Positions 55,967-64,000 of a DNA stretch of 64,000 bases are shown piece by piece (the first letter of the stretch is position 1; every line of letters begins with the position of its first letter). Below the pieces are notes generated by a model that worked only from the letters and a program-made list of their open reading frames with translations, was not told the origin of the DNA and searched no databases. The stretch covers positions 5,709 to 69,708 of the forward strand of contig DATFUL010000008.1 of the NCBI GenBank assembly GCA_035260845.1, given 5' to 3'. This DNA is from Patescibacteria group bacterium. GTDB taxonomy: Bacteria; Patescibacteriota; Microgenomatia; UBA8517. The translations under genes and the position numbers were made by a program.

Positions 55967-57268
55967 ATGACAAAAATTCAGGAATTAATTAAAAAAGAAG
56001 AAGTTAGACAACAGGATACTTTAATGATGATTCCATCGGAGAATTATGCTTCAAAAGCTGTGCGGGAAGCTGTTGGGTCGGTTTTAATGAATAAATATTC
56101 TGAAGGTTATTCACACAAACGTTATTATCAAGGCAACGAGATAGTTGACGAGATTGAAGACTTTGCTATAGAAAAAGCTAAAGAACTCTTTAAAGTAGAA
56201 CATGTTAATGTTCAACCATATTCGGGTAGTCCTGCAAATTCAGCCGTTCTTTTTGCACTACTTAATCAGGGAGATAAAATAATGGGCTTAAAGCTTTCTA
56301 GTGGTGGGCATTTAACTCACGGCCACCCTGACATTACCTTTTCTGGTAAGTTTTTTAAATCCGTCCAATTTGGAACAAAAGACGATGGAATTATTGATTA
56401 CCAAGAAGTTGAAAAATTGGCCAAACAAGAAAAGCCTAATTTAATGTTTATAGGTACAACTGCTTACCCGCTTGCACTCGACTGGAAAAGACTTGGGGAA
56501 ATTGCTGACTCGATTAACGCTTGGCTTGTAGCTGACATTTCCCATGTTTCAGGCCTTGTTCTAGCAGATGCATATCCTTCTCCCGTTCCGTATGCAGATG
56601 TAATTACAACAACTACTCATAAAACTTTGAGGGGACCAAGGGGGGCAATGATAATGGTGACTAAAAAGGGAATGGCAAAAGATGCCGAACTTTCGGCCAA
56701 AATCGATAGGGCGGTTTTCCCTGGGCTTCAGGGTGGGCCGCACAATAATACAACAGCAGGAATTGCACAGGCACTGGTTGAAGCAGAAACTCCTGAATTT
56801 AAAAAATATGGCAAACAAGTTGTTGTTAATGCAAAATATTTAGCCCAAGAACTTAAAAGGGGCGGACTAACTGTTGTTACTGGTAAAACAGAATGTCATC
56901 TAATTGTTGTAGATCTTCGTCCGTTAAATCTTTCTGGAAATGTTGTTGCAGAAGCACTGGAAGCGGCTGGAATTGTTGTAAATCGTAATTCGGTACCAAA
57001 TGACGCTGCACCCCCATTTATACCATCAGGAATCCGTTTGGGGACTCCTGGAATAACAACTCGTGGAATGATGGAAAACGAAATGAAAACTATCGCAAGT
57101 TGGATTCTTCAAGTTATCGATCACGTCAAAGATCAAAGACTTCCAGAGGACAAAGAGAAACGCATCGAATTTATGAAGTTGTTCCGCGCAAACCTTTCAA
57201 AAGATAAGTTCTTAGCTAAAATTGCCTCTGAAGTAAAATCACTCAACAGCAAATTTCCAACTCCATAG
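55967..57268 (+). CDS. glyA: Serine hydroxymethyltransferase
   Basis: LMMIPSENYAS, TTTTHKTLRGPRG (PLP Lys). Start trimmed to the M at 55967. Confidence 0.9.
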   Translation: MTKIQELIKKEEVRQQDTLMMIPSENYASKAVREAVGSVLMNKYSEGYSHKRYYQGNEIVDEIEDFAIEKAKELFKVEHVNVQPYSGSPANSAVLFALLNQGDKIMGLKLSSGGHLTHGHPDITFSGKFFKSVQFGTKDDGIIDYQEVEKLAKQEKPNLMFIGTTAYPLALDWKRLGEIADSINAWLVADISHVSGLVLADAYPSPVPYADVITTTTHKTLRGPRGAMIMVTKKGMAKDAELSAKIDRAVFPGLQGGPHNNTTAGIAQALVEAETPEFKKYGKQVVVNAKYLAQELKRGGLTVVTGKTECHLIVVDLRPLNLSGNVVAEALEAAGIVVNRNSVPNDAAPPFIPSGIRLGTPGITTRGMMENEMKTIASWILQVIDHVKDQRLPEDKEKRIEFMKLFRANLSKDKFLAKIASEVKSLNSKFPTP

Positions 57269-57335
57269 AAATTGCTGGACGCAATTTGTAGCATCTTGCT
57301 TTAGCAAGCTGTGAAAACTGGTATAATCGGGCAAT

Positions 57336-58133
57336 ATGGCAATAATTTTTGATGGTAGAAAGTTTGCAGCAGAAAAGGAAGTGGCTCTACAAATCCGTGT
57401 CTTAGGCCTTAAAACTCGTGGAGTCCACCCTAAACTTGCCTCAATTTTGGTAGGTAAAGACCTGGCAAGTGAACTTTATGTGAATTTAAAGAAAAAGGCA
57501 GCAGAAAGAATCGGCGCCGAGGTTGATATTTACAAAATTTCAGAAAATTCTAAATTGGAAGATCTTAAGTTGCTTATAAAGACATTAAACGAAGACGAAA
57601 TGGTAAATGGAATAATGATTCAGATGCCAATTCCAGGAAAATTAGGAGAATCTAAAGAAGAAATTGTGTCAGAAATTGATTCCGAAAAGGATGTTGATGG
57701 CCTTAAGGAAGATAGTCAATTTCTTCACCCCACAAGTAAGGCAATTATGGAAGTACTTAAAGTTGCCGAAAGGCAGCTGGACCGCAAAATGAAGTCTGTT
57801 TGTGTGGTTGGCGCAACAGGAATGGTGGGTAAACCCCTTGTTAAGGAGCTTAAAGAGGAAAATTACGAAGTAATTGAGTGTAATACAAAAACCCCCGATC
57901 TAAAGGCAAAAACTTTAGAAACAGATGTTGTGGTCAGTGTTACTGGTAGTCAAAATATAATTACAGGGGAAATGGTTAAAGATGGAGTAGTTGTAATCGA
58001 CGTAGGTTCACCCCAGGGGGATGTGGACTTTGCCTCTGTATCTAAAAAGGCTGATTTTATTTCTCCGGTCCCAGGTGGGGTTGGTCCTGTCACAATTACT
58101 TGCCTACTTGAGAATTTGATCTCAGCATGTTAA
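57336..58133 (+). CDS. folD: Bifunctional methylene-THF dehydrogenase / methenyl-THF cyclohydrolase
   Basis: LASILVGKDLASELYV, VVGATGMVGKPL and SPVPGGVGPVT. Confidence 0.85.
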   Translation: MAIIFDGRKFAAEKEVALQIRVLGLKTRGVHPKLASILVGKDLASELYVNLKKKAAERIGAEVDIYKISENSKLEDLKLLIKTLNEDEMVNGIMIQMPIPGKLGESKEEIVSEIDSEKDVDGLKEDSQFLHPTSKAIMEVLKVAERQLDRKMKSVCVVGATGMVGKPLVKELKEENYEVIECNTKTPDLKAKTLETDVVVSVTGSQNIITGEMVKDGVVVIDVGSPQGDVDFASVSKKADFISPVPGGVGPVTITCLLENLISAC

Positions 58134-58209
58134 TATTCCCATACACACGCAGGTTATGTTTCCTGGATAACTTCCAACTTGCGGCGGATTAAGGAAACAA
58201 CAAAATTTC

Positions 58210-58917
58210 ATGGCAGTTAAAGTATCACTTGAAGATTTAGTTAATGCTGGGGCTCATTTTGGCCACCAAACAAAGCGTTGGAACCCAAAAATGGGTGAGT
58301 ATCTTTATGGCTCCGATAATGGGGTTCATATCTTCGATTTAACAAAAACCAAACCCCTTATTGAAGAAGCTTTGGAGTTTTTGGCAAAGTCAGTAAAAGA
58401 AGGTAAAACAGTTTTACTTCTTGGAACCAAAAAACAAATTAAAGACAAAGTAGCCGAAGTTGGTGAGGAACTTGGAATTCCATACGTTAATGAACGTTGG
58501 CTTGGAGGAACAATTTCCAATTTCTACCAAATGCAAAAATCTCTTAAAAAGATGGAAGAAATGGCCGAAAATATGGCCTCAGGTTTTTATAACAAAAACA
58601 CCAAAAAAGAAAGACTTTTGATTGACCGCGAAATAACACGTCTTCAAAGATTTTTTGGAGGAGTTAAAATTCTTAAAGGAGTACCAGATGTCCTTTTTGT
58701 AATAGACACAAAACGCGAGGCAGGAGCTGTTCACGAAGCAAATGCCAGAAAAGTACCAGTTATAGGCATAGTAGATAGTAATAGCGATCCAGACGCAATT
58801 GATTACCCGATTCCAATGAACGATGACGCTTCAAAAGCTTTGGAATATATGCTTGAATTATTTAAAGCTACTGTTTCTGAAGCCCAAAAGAAAGTTAAGC
58901 CAGCTGAAGTTAAATAA
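58210..58917 (+). CDS. rpsB: 30S ribosomal protein S2
   Basis: LVNAGAHFGHQTKRWNPKM and VLLLGTKKQ. Confidence 0.9.
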   Translation: MAVKVSLEDLVNAGAHFGHQTKRWNPKMGEYLYGSDNGVHIFDLTKTKPLIEEALEFLAKSVKEGKTVLLLGTKKQIKDKVAEVGEELGIPYVNERWLGGTISNFYQMQKSLKKMEEMAENMASGFYNKNTKKERLLIDREITRLQRFFGGVKILKGVPDVLFVIDTKREAGAVHEANARKVPVIGIVDSNSDPDAIDYPIPMNDDASKALEYMLELFKATVSEAQKKVKPAEVK

Positions 58918-58920
58918 CAC

Positions 58921-59376
58921 ATGGCAAACAAGATCGATATTGAACAAATCAAAAGATTAAGGGAAGAAACTGGCGTTGCTATAATTCGTATCCGAGAAGT
59001 CCTCAAAGAAGTTAAAGACGACGAAAAAAAAGCTTTGGCAATTTTAAAAAAGGAAGGCTTGGAAAAGGCAGAAAGACGAGAAGGTAGAGAAACTAGTCAA
59101 GGAAAAATCTTCGTTTATGCGCACCACACCGGACAAGTTGTTGGAATCGTTGAACTTCTTTGTGAGACAGATTTTGTTGCCAAAAACGAACTTTTCGAAA
59201 AATTAGGCAAAGATTTGGCTATGCAAGCCGCATCAATGGGAGAAGAAAAGTTTGAAGATCAAGATTTTGTAAAAGACGGAAGTCACAAAGTAAAAGATTT
59301 AGTAAAAGAATTAATTGCAAAAACTGGTGAGAATGTTAAGCTGGGTAGAGTTCAAAGACTTGAACTCGGTAAATAA
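58921..59376 (+). CDS. tsf: Elongation factor Ts (short form)
   Basis: IKRLREETGVAIIRIREVLKE (UBA-like) and LLCETDFVAKNE. 151 aa. Confidence 0.8.
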   Translation: MANKIDIEQIKRLREETGVAIIRIREVLKEVKDDEKKALAILKKEGLEKAERREGRETSQGKIFVYAHHTGQVVGIVELLCETDFVAKNELFEKLGKDLAMQAASMGEEKFEDQDFVKDGSHKVKDLVKELIAKTGENVKLGRVQRLELGK

Positions 59377-59930
59377 TGGACGATTCTTCAATAACTTCTA
59401 AAATGCAGTCAGCTGTTAATGTTTTGGCGAGCGATATTGCTGGTGTTCGAACTGGTCGTGCTACTCCTGCACTTGTGGAAAATATTATTGTTCCTGCATA
59501 TGGTGGGACTCAAAGACTTCGGGTAATGGAAGTTGCAAGTATCACTTCTCCCGACCCAACTTCCTTGGTAATTAATCCATGGGACAAAAGTATAATTGGC
59601 GACATTAGAAAAGGGATAGAAGCAGCAAATATTGGCATGAATCCATCCATTGATGGGGAAATAATTAGGATTATTATTCCACCAATGACCACTGAAGACA
59701 GAGAAAAATATGTTAAGATTTTGTCTCAAAAACTGGAAAACGGAAAAGTCATGGTTAGGGGAGTAAGGGCGGACGAAATGCACGAAATCAAAAAGAAGTT
59801 TGAGGCCAAAGAGATTACAGAGGACGATAAAAAAGATCAGGAAAAGAAACTTCAGGAAGCTACTGATTCCTTTATCGCAAAGATTGAAGAAATGGGTGAG
59901 AAGAAGAAAGTTGAACTCCTACAAATCTGA
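59376..59930 (+). CDS. frr: Ribosome recycling factor
   Basis: Length and position fit frr. MNPSIDGEIIRIIIPPMTTEDRE. Follows tsf with no pyrH in between. Confidence 0.85.
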   Translation: MDDSSITSKMQSAVNVLASDIAGVRTGRATPALVENIIVPAYGGTQRLRVMEVASITSPDPTSLVINPWDKSIIGDIRKGIEAANIGMNPSIDGEIIRIIIPPMTTEDREKYVKILSQKLENGKVMVRGVRADEMHEIKKKFEAKEITEDDKKDQEKKLQEATDSFIAKIEEMGEKKKVELLQI

Positions 59931-59945
59931 TATACTCTTCATAGA

Positions 59946-61055
59946 ATGTTTTCGACTATTCTTTATTCTTTAGGAATTCTTTTAGTTCTTTCGGTTTTAA
60001 TTTTGCTTCACGAATTTGGCCATTTTTGGGTTGCTAAAAAATCCGGAGTTTGGGTTGAAGAATTTGGATTTGGACTTCCACCCCGCATGATTGGTAAAAA
60101 AATAGGCGAGACGATCTATTCACTTAATTGGTTGCCGTTTGGTGGATTTGTAAAACTTCATGGCGAGCAAAGCGATGATGGAGTTTCTAATCCCGCTCGT
60201 GCGTTCTTGGGCAAAAGCAAATTAACCCGTGCCAAAATTGTTGTTGCTGGAATTGTGATGAACTTACTTTTAGGATTAGTTTGTTTTGCCATTGTTTATT
60301 CGTTCCTCGGGATCCCTAAAGAGCAAGGTTTTGTGCAAATTGTTGATGTGGCCATGGATTCTCCAGCCGCTACTGCCGGAATTGCACCAAACGACATTGT
60401 AGTTTCTTTTAATAAAAATCCAGTCACAAAATCTGCTGACTTTACAAATCTAACCAAAGAAAATGCAGGTAAAAAGATAGTTTTACAGATTAAACGTGGG
60501 GAACAGGTTATAAATTTTAATATTACGCTTCGTGATAAGCCAGCCGATGGTAAATCTTTCCTTGGTATTGTGGTTAGCTCACAGACTACTTATTACCCGC
60601 CAGTTTGGCAGAGACCATTTTACGGGGCTTATTACGGCACAATTGCGAGCTACGACACAACAATAATGGTAATTCAAGGCCTTTGGGGAACAGTTGCTCT
60701 GGCCGCACATGGTAAAGCCCCACAAGATACGGTTGGCCCTGTTGGAATATTCGCGATTATTTATTTTGTCCTAAAACAGGGGATTTTACCCGTACTTAAT
60801 TTGATGGGACTCATATCAATAAATCTTGCAGTTCTTAACATTTTGCCAATTCCGGCGCTTGATGGCGGTAGACTTCTATTTATTGGAATCGAAACTGTAT
60901 TTGGTAAAAAAGTTTTGCCAAAAGTGGAGGCTATGTTTCATTCAATTGGCTTTGTTGTTCTTTTAGCTCTAATTATTGTAGTTTCCTTTTTTGATATTAA
61001 ACGCGTTATTGCAGCAGGTGGATTTACTGGCTTCATTAATTCGTTTACGAAATGA
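59946..61055 (+). CDS. rseP: RseP-type site-2 protease (M50 with PDZ domain)
   Basis: LLHEFGHFWVAKK (HExxH), PDZ-like middle and a C-terminal LDGG motif (PIPALDGGRL). Confidence 0.8.
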   Translation: MFSTILYSLGILLVLSVLILLHEFGHFWVAKKSGVWVEEFGFGLPPRMIGKKIGETIYSLNWLPFGGFVKLHGEQSDDGVSNPARAFLGKSKLTRAKIVVAGIVMNLLLGLVCFAIVYSFLGIPKEQGFVQIVDVAMDSPAATAGIAPNDIVVSFNKNPVTKSADFTNLTKENAGKKIVLQIKRGEQVINFNITLRDKPADGKSFLGIVVSSQTTYYPPVWQRPFYGAYYGTIASYDTTIMVIQGLWGTVALAAHGKAPQDTVGPVGIFAIIYFVLKQGILPVLNLMGLISINLAVLNILPIPALDGGRLLFIGIETVFGKKVLPKVEAMFHSIGFVVLLALIIVVSFFDIKRVIAAGGFTGFINSFTK

Positions 61056-61067
61056 TACAATGGCTTC

Positions 61068-62267
61068 ATGCGACAATCAGAACTATTTCCTAAAACACGT
61101 AAAGAGGCACCCAAAGATGCAGAAAGCGTTAACCATAAACTTTTAGTTCGGGGTGGATTTATAGACCAACTTATGGCAGGTAGCTGGACTCTTCTTCCTT
61201 TGGGCTTTCGAGTTGTTGCCAAAATTAATCAAATAATCCGTGAAGAAATAAATGCAGTTGGAGGACAGGAGATGCTAATGCCGCTACTTCACCCGAAAGA
61301 AATTTGGAATGAAACGGGTAGATGGGACAAAGCAGACGAGGTAATGTATAAATTGACCGATACACGAAAAAAAGAATTCGCTCTCTCATTCACCCATGAA
61401 GAAATCGTAATGGATCTTCTTCGTAAAAATATAACCAGCTATCAGGACTTGCCGGTTGCTATTTACCATTTTTCTACAAAGTTTAGGAATGAACTTAGAG
61501 CCAAAAGCGGAATCTTAAGGGGGCGAGAATTTATGATGAAGGATCTTTATTCGGCGCACACAACAGAGGCCGATTTAATGGATTATTACGAAAAAGTTAA
61601 AGATGCTTATTCAAAAATATTTACCCGTCTTGGATTTAATTTTAAGATTGCCAAGGCGTCCGGAGGTGTATTTACGGATAAATTTACTCACGAGTTCCAA
61701 GTAATTGCTGGCGCAGGTGAAGACACTATCTACTGGAAAAAAGGTGATAAAGAGGCAGTTAACGAAGAAGTAATGGAGGGCAATAAAGAAGATTATGAAA
61801 GTGCAAAATCAATTGAAGTAGGCAATATTTTTCCTTTAGGAACTTGGTATTCAGAAAGAATGAGATTTTATTATACAGATGAAAAAGGCCTAAAAAACCC
61901 TGTTTGGTTTGGGAGCTATGGAATTGGGTCCACCCGTGTAATGGGAACTTGGGTTGAAGTTTCACACGACGACCGCGGTATTATTTGGTCTAAAGAAATT
62001 TCTCCGTTTGATGTGCATTTGGTTGAACTCCCTGGTGGAAACGGAAAAGAAGTTTATGATAAATTAACTAAAATGGGAATCGATGTTTTGTGGGACGATA
62101 GAAATGTTCCTGCAGGGCAAAAATTTGCAGACAGTGATTTAATCGGAATTCCTTTTAGACTTGTAGTCTCCACAAAGACTGCTGATAAAATTGAATTTAA
62201 GGAACGCACTTCTGACAAATCAGAACTCTTTAGTCTAGAAGAAGTTGTCCAAAAATTGGGAAAGTGA
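61068..62267 (+). CDS. proS: Proline--tRNA ligase (short form lacking editing insertion)
   Basis: Class II motifs. FRNELRAKSGILRGREFMMKD (motif 2 region) and N-terminal ELFPKTRKEAPKDAESVNHKLLVRGGFI. Confidence 0.8.
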   Translation: MRQSELFPKTRKEAPKDAESVNHKLLVRGGFIDQLMAGSWTLLPLGFRVVAKINQIIREEINAVGGQEMLMPLLHPKEIWNETGRWDKADEVMYKLTDTRKKEFALSFTHEEIVMDLLRKNITSYQDLPVAIYHFSTKFRNELRAKSGILRGREFMMKDLYSAHTTEADLMDYYEKVKDAYSKIFTRLGFNFKIAKASGGVFTDKFTHEFQVIAGAGEDTIYWKKGDKEAVNEEVMEGNKEDYESAKSIEVGNIFPLGTWYSERMRFYYTDEKGLKNPVWFGSYGIGSTRVMGTWVEVSHDDRGIIWSKEISPFDVHLVELPGGNGKEVYDKLTKMGIDVLWDDRNVPAGQKFADSDLIGIPFRLVVSTKTADKIEFKERTSDKSELFSLEEVVQKLGK

Positions 62268-63303
62268 TACTATAGCTATCACGCTCGTGAATAAAACCCG
62301 TAAAAAGAAAATAGTAGTTATTGGTGGAGGAACGGGAACTTTTACTATTCTCTCAGGCCTCAAAAAGTATCCTCAACTCGATCTTTCAGTAATAGTTTCC
62401 ATGATGGATGATGGCGGCAGTAACCGTGTAATCAGAGACGAATTTGGACTTTTGCCAACTAGCGACCTTCGGCAATGTATGGTTGCCCTGGCTTCCGATA
62501 GCGTAGACGAAACTTTAAGAAAACTTTTTACATACAGATACGGTCAGGGTGTTGGAATAACGGGTATGACTTTCGGGAACCTTTTTATGGCGGCACTCAC
62601 CGATATTTATAAAGGTAATCAAAAGAAAGCGATTGAGGAAACTTGCGAAGTTTTAGGGGTTAAGGGTAGTGTTATTCCTGTGACTTTTGATAAAGCACAT
62701 CTTGTAGCTACTTATTCAAATGGCAAACAAGTTTTGGGTGAGCACAGTATTGACGAACCAACTCCCGAACAAGGGAAGTATAAAATCACAAATTTGGAAG
62801 TTATTCCAAAAGCAAAAGTTAATAAAGAGGCAACAGGCGCCATAGAATCGGCCGATTTTGTAATACTGGGGCCTGGGGACTTTTATACCAGTGTTTTACC
62901 CAATGTGATAATCAAAGGAGTTGCAGACTCACTCCAAAAAACTAAAGCAAAGATTATTTTTGTAATGAATTTGATGACTAAATTTGGCCAAACTTCTGGT
63001 TTTGCTGCTAGTAATTTTATTGATGAAATAAACAAGTATTCTGGACGAAATCCGGATATTGTAATAATTAATAATTCAGATAACTTTCCAAAGAGTATCT
63101 TGGCAAAATATAAAAAAGAAAGCGCTAAACCTGTAAAAGATGATTTGGATGGCGATAAAACCATAAAAATAGTTAGAAGAAATTTAATTTCGAGTAAAAC
63201 TTACAAAAAGCCGAAAAGCGATAAATTAGTTAGAAGTCTAATCCGTCACGACTCAGAAAAACTGGCAAAAGCTGTTCTTGATCTTATTTTGACTTCCAAT
63301 TAG
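62245..63303 (+). CDS. YvcK/CofD-like (UPF0052) gluconeogenesis-factor family protein
   Basis: KKIVVIGGGTGTFTILSGLKKY and VSMMDDGGS. The start may be the internal GTG at ~62287 rather than 62245, which overlaps proS. Confidence 0.7.
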   Translation: MSKNWESDTIAITLVNKTRKKKIVVIGGGTGTFTILSGLKKYPQLDLSVIVSMMDDGGSNRVIRDEFGLLPTSDLRQCMVALASDSVDETLRKLFTYRYGQGVGITGMTFGNLFMAALTDIYKGNQKKAIEETCEVLGVKGSVIPVTFDKAHLVATYSNGKQVLGEHSIDEPTPEQGKYKITNLEVIPKAKVNKEATGAIESADFVILGPGDFYTSVLPNVIIKGVADSLQKTKAKIIFVMNLMTKFGQTSGFAASNFIDEINKYSGRNPDIVIINNSDNFPKSILAKYKKESAKPVKDDLDGDKTIKIVRRNLISSKTYKKPKSDKLVRSLIRHDSEKLAKAVLDLILTSN

Positions 63304-63314
63304 ACTAAATAGCT

Positions 63315-63674
63315 ATGAATAACGAAGATTGTATTTTTTGCAAAATCATAAATAGAGAACTTCCCTCCAAGATTGAATATGAGGATGAAGATTTGTTGGT
63401 CTTTCAGAACATTGAACCAGTCGCTCCGGTCCATGTACTAATTATTCCCAAAAAACACATCGTTAATCTCTCTGAGGTTTCTGAATCGGATAAGGAAGTT
63501 TTGGGAAAAATCCTTTTAGTTACAAAAGACATAGCAAAAAAACTTGGAATCTTTGATGCATTTAGGGTTTCAGTGGGAAATGGAGAAAACGCAGGACAAT
63601 CCGTATTTCATCTGCATTTTCATCTAACCGGAGGTTGGAAAGAGAAGTATAATAGAAACGAAGACGGCTCATAA
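63315..63674 (+). CDS. HIT-family (histidine triad) nucleotide hydrolase
   Basis: CIFCKII and HLHFHLTGG (HxHxHxx). Confidence 0.85.
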   Translation: MNNEDCIFCKIINRELPSKIEYEDEDLLVFQNIEPVAPVHVLIIPKKHIVNLSEVSESDKEVLGKILLVTKDIAKKLGIFDAFRVSVGNGENAGQSVFHLHFHLTGGWKEKYNRNEDGS

Positions 63675-63676
63675 AC

Positions 63677-64000
63677 ATGATTGCACAAACACTACAAGCA
63701 AAAATAGGTGAAGCCATGAAGGCACACAATGAAGTAAGACTTTCTACGTTAAGAATGCTATCAAGTGCTTTTGGTTATGAAAAAATTGCCAAGCAGCATG
63801 AGCTAACTGACGAGGAAGAAATGGTTGTTATTCAAAAGCAAGCCAAGCAGAGGAGGGACTCAATCGAAGCCTACAAAAAAGCTGGTTCCCCGGAGCGCGC
63901 CGCAAGTGAAGAAGCTGAACTTAAAATTCTACAGGAATATCTCCCACCAGAAATTAGCGAAGAAGAGCTTTCCAAATTGGTCACCGATGCTATAACTCAA
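63677..64000 (+). CDS. GatB/YqeY-domain protein, 3'-partial
   Basis: MIAQTLQAKIGEAMKAHNEVRLSTLRMLSSAF...LKILQEYLP is typical of YqeY. It runs off the window end and is not in the supplied ORF track. Confidence 0.55.
   Translation, partial: MIAQTLQAKIGEAMKAHNEVRLSTLRMLSSAFGYEKIAKQHELTDEEEMVVIQKQAKQRRDSIEAYKKAGSPERAASEEAELKILQEYLPPEISEEELSKLVTDAITQ

Overview
This 64 kb window has low GC and is densely packed with coding sequence. Most of it is core housekeeping genes, and two islands of amide-ligase genes interrupt that backbone. Several traits point to a reduced-genome bacterium of the Candidate Phyla Radiation/Patescibacteria type (my inference; no search was run). These traits are very short intergenic spacers, abundant extended -10 promoters (TGnTATAAT), a short EF-Ts, a ProRS without an editing domain, a compact TopA and an L1 with a Lys-rich N-terminal extension.

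The core content includes:
- competence genes comEA, a split comEC and dprA;
- argS and proS;
- the ribosomal cluster secE-nusG / rplK-rplA / rplJ-rplL, which is interrupted by small ORFs, plus rpsB-tsf-frr-rseP, rpmG, rpmB and rpsU;
- eight tRNAs;
- two mreB paralogues, one next to PBP2;
- a lipid-carrier cluster of idi, a polyprenyl synthase, an extended uppS and a WecB/TagA glycosyltransferase;
- a contiguous dTMP/folate cluster dcd-dut-thyA-folA-glyA-folD;
- def-fmt and topA.

The two most unusual regions are the ligase islands:
- 19.7-24.4 kb holds a 7TM membrane protein, an ATP-grasp fused to a retropepsin-like (DTGA) peptidase, two RimK-like ATP-grasps and a methyltransferase.
- 34.4-40.1 kb holds a cytidylyltransferase, two D-Ala-D-Ala-ligase-like ATP-grasps flanking a papain-like C39/BtrH-like Cys-His protein, a two-domain methyltransferase and an MFS exporter.
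Both islands share the plan ligases + peptidase/acyltransferase + methyltransferase + membrane protein. I read them as two paralogous peptide-ligation or peptide-modification systems, and possibly a small peptide natural-product cluster.

Other sequence-level oddities:
- A family of ~75-bp palindromic intergenic repeats has three copies. One copy sits exactly in the in-frame gap that splits comEC.
- A ~55-bp promoter-proximal module (CCAGGTTCAATTCATC, a hairpin with compensatory changes, then TGnTATAAT) is conserved upstream of two unrelated genes.
- A small HTH gene has its last 16 codons re-encoded in frame just past its stop codon, and all 11 nucleotide differences are synonymous.
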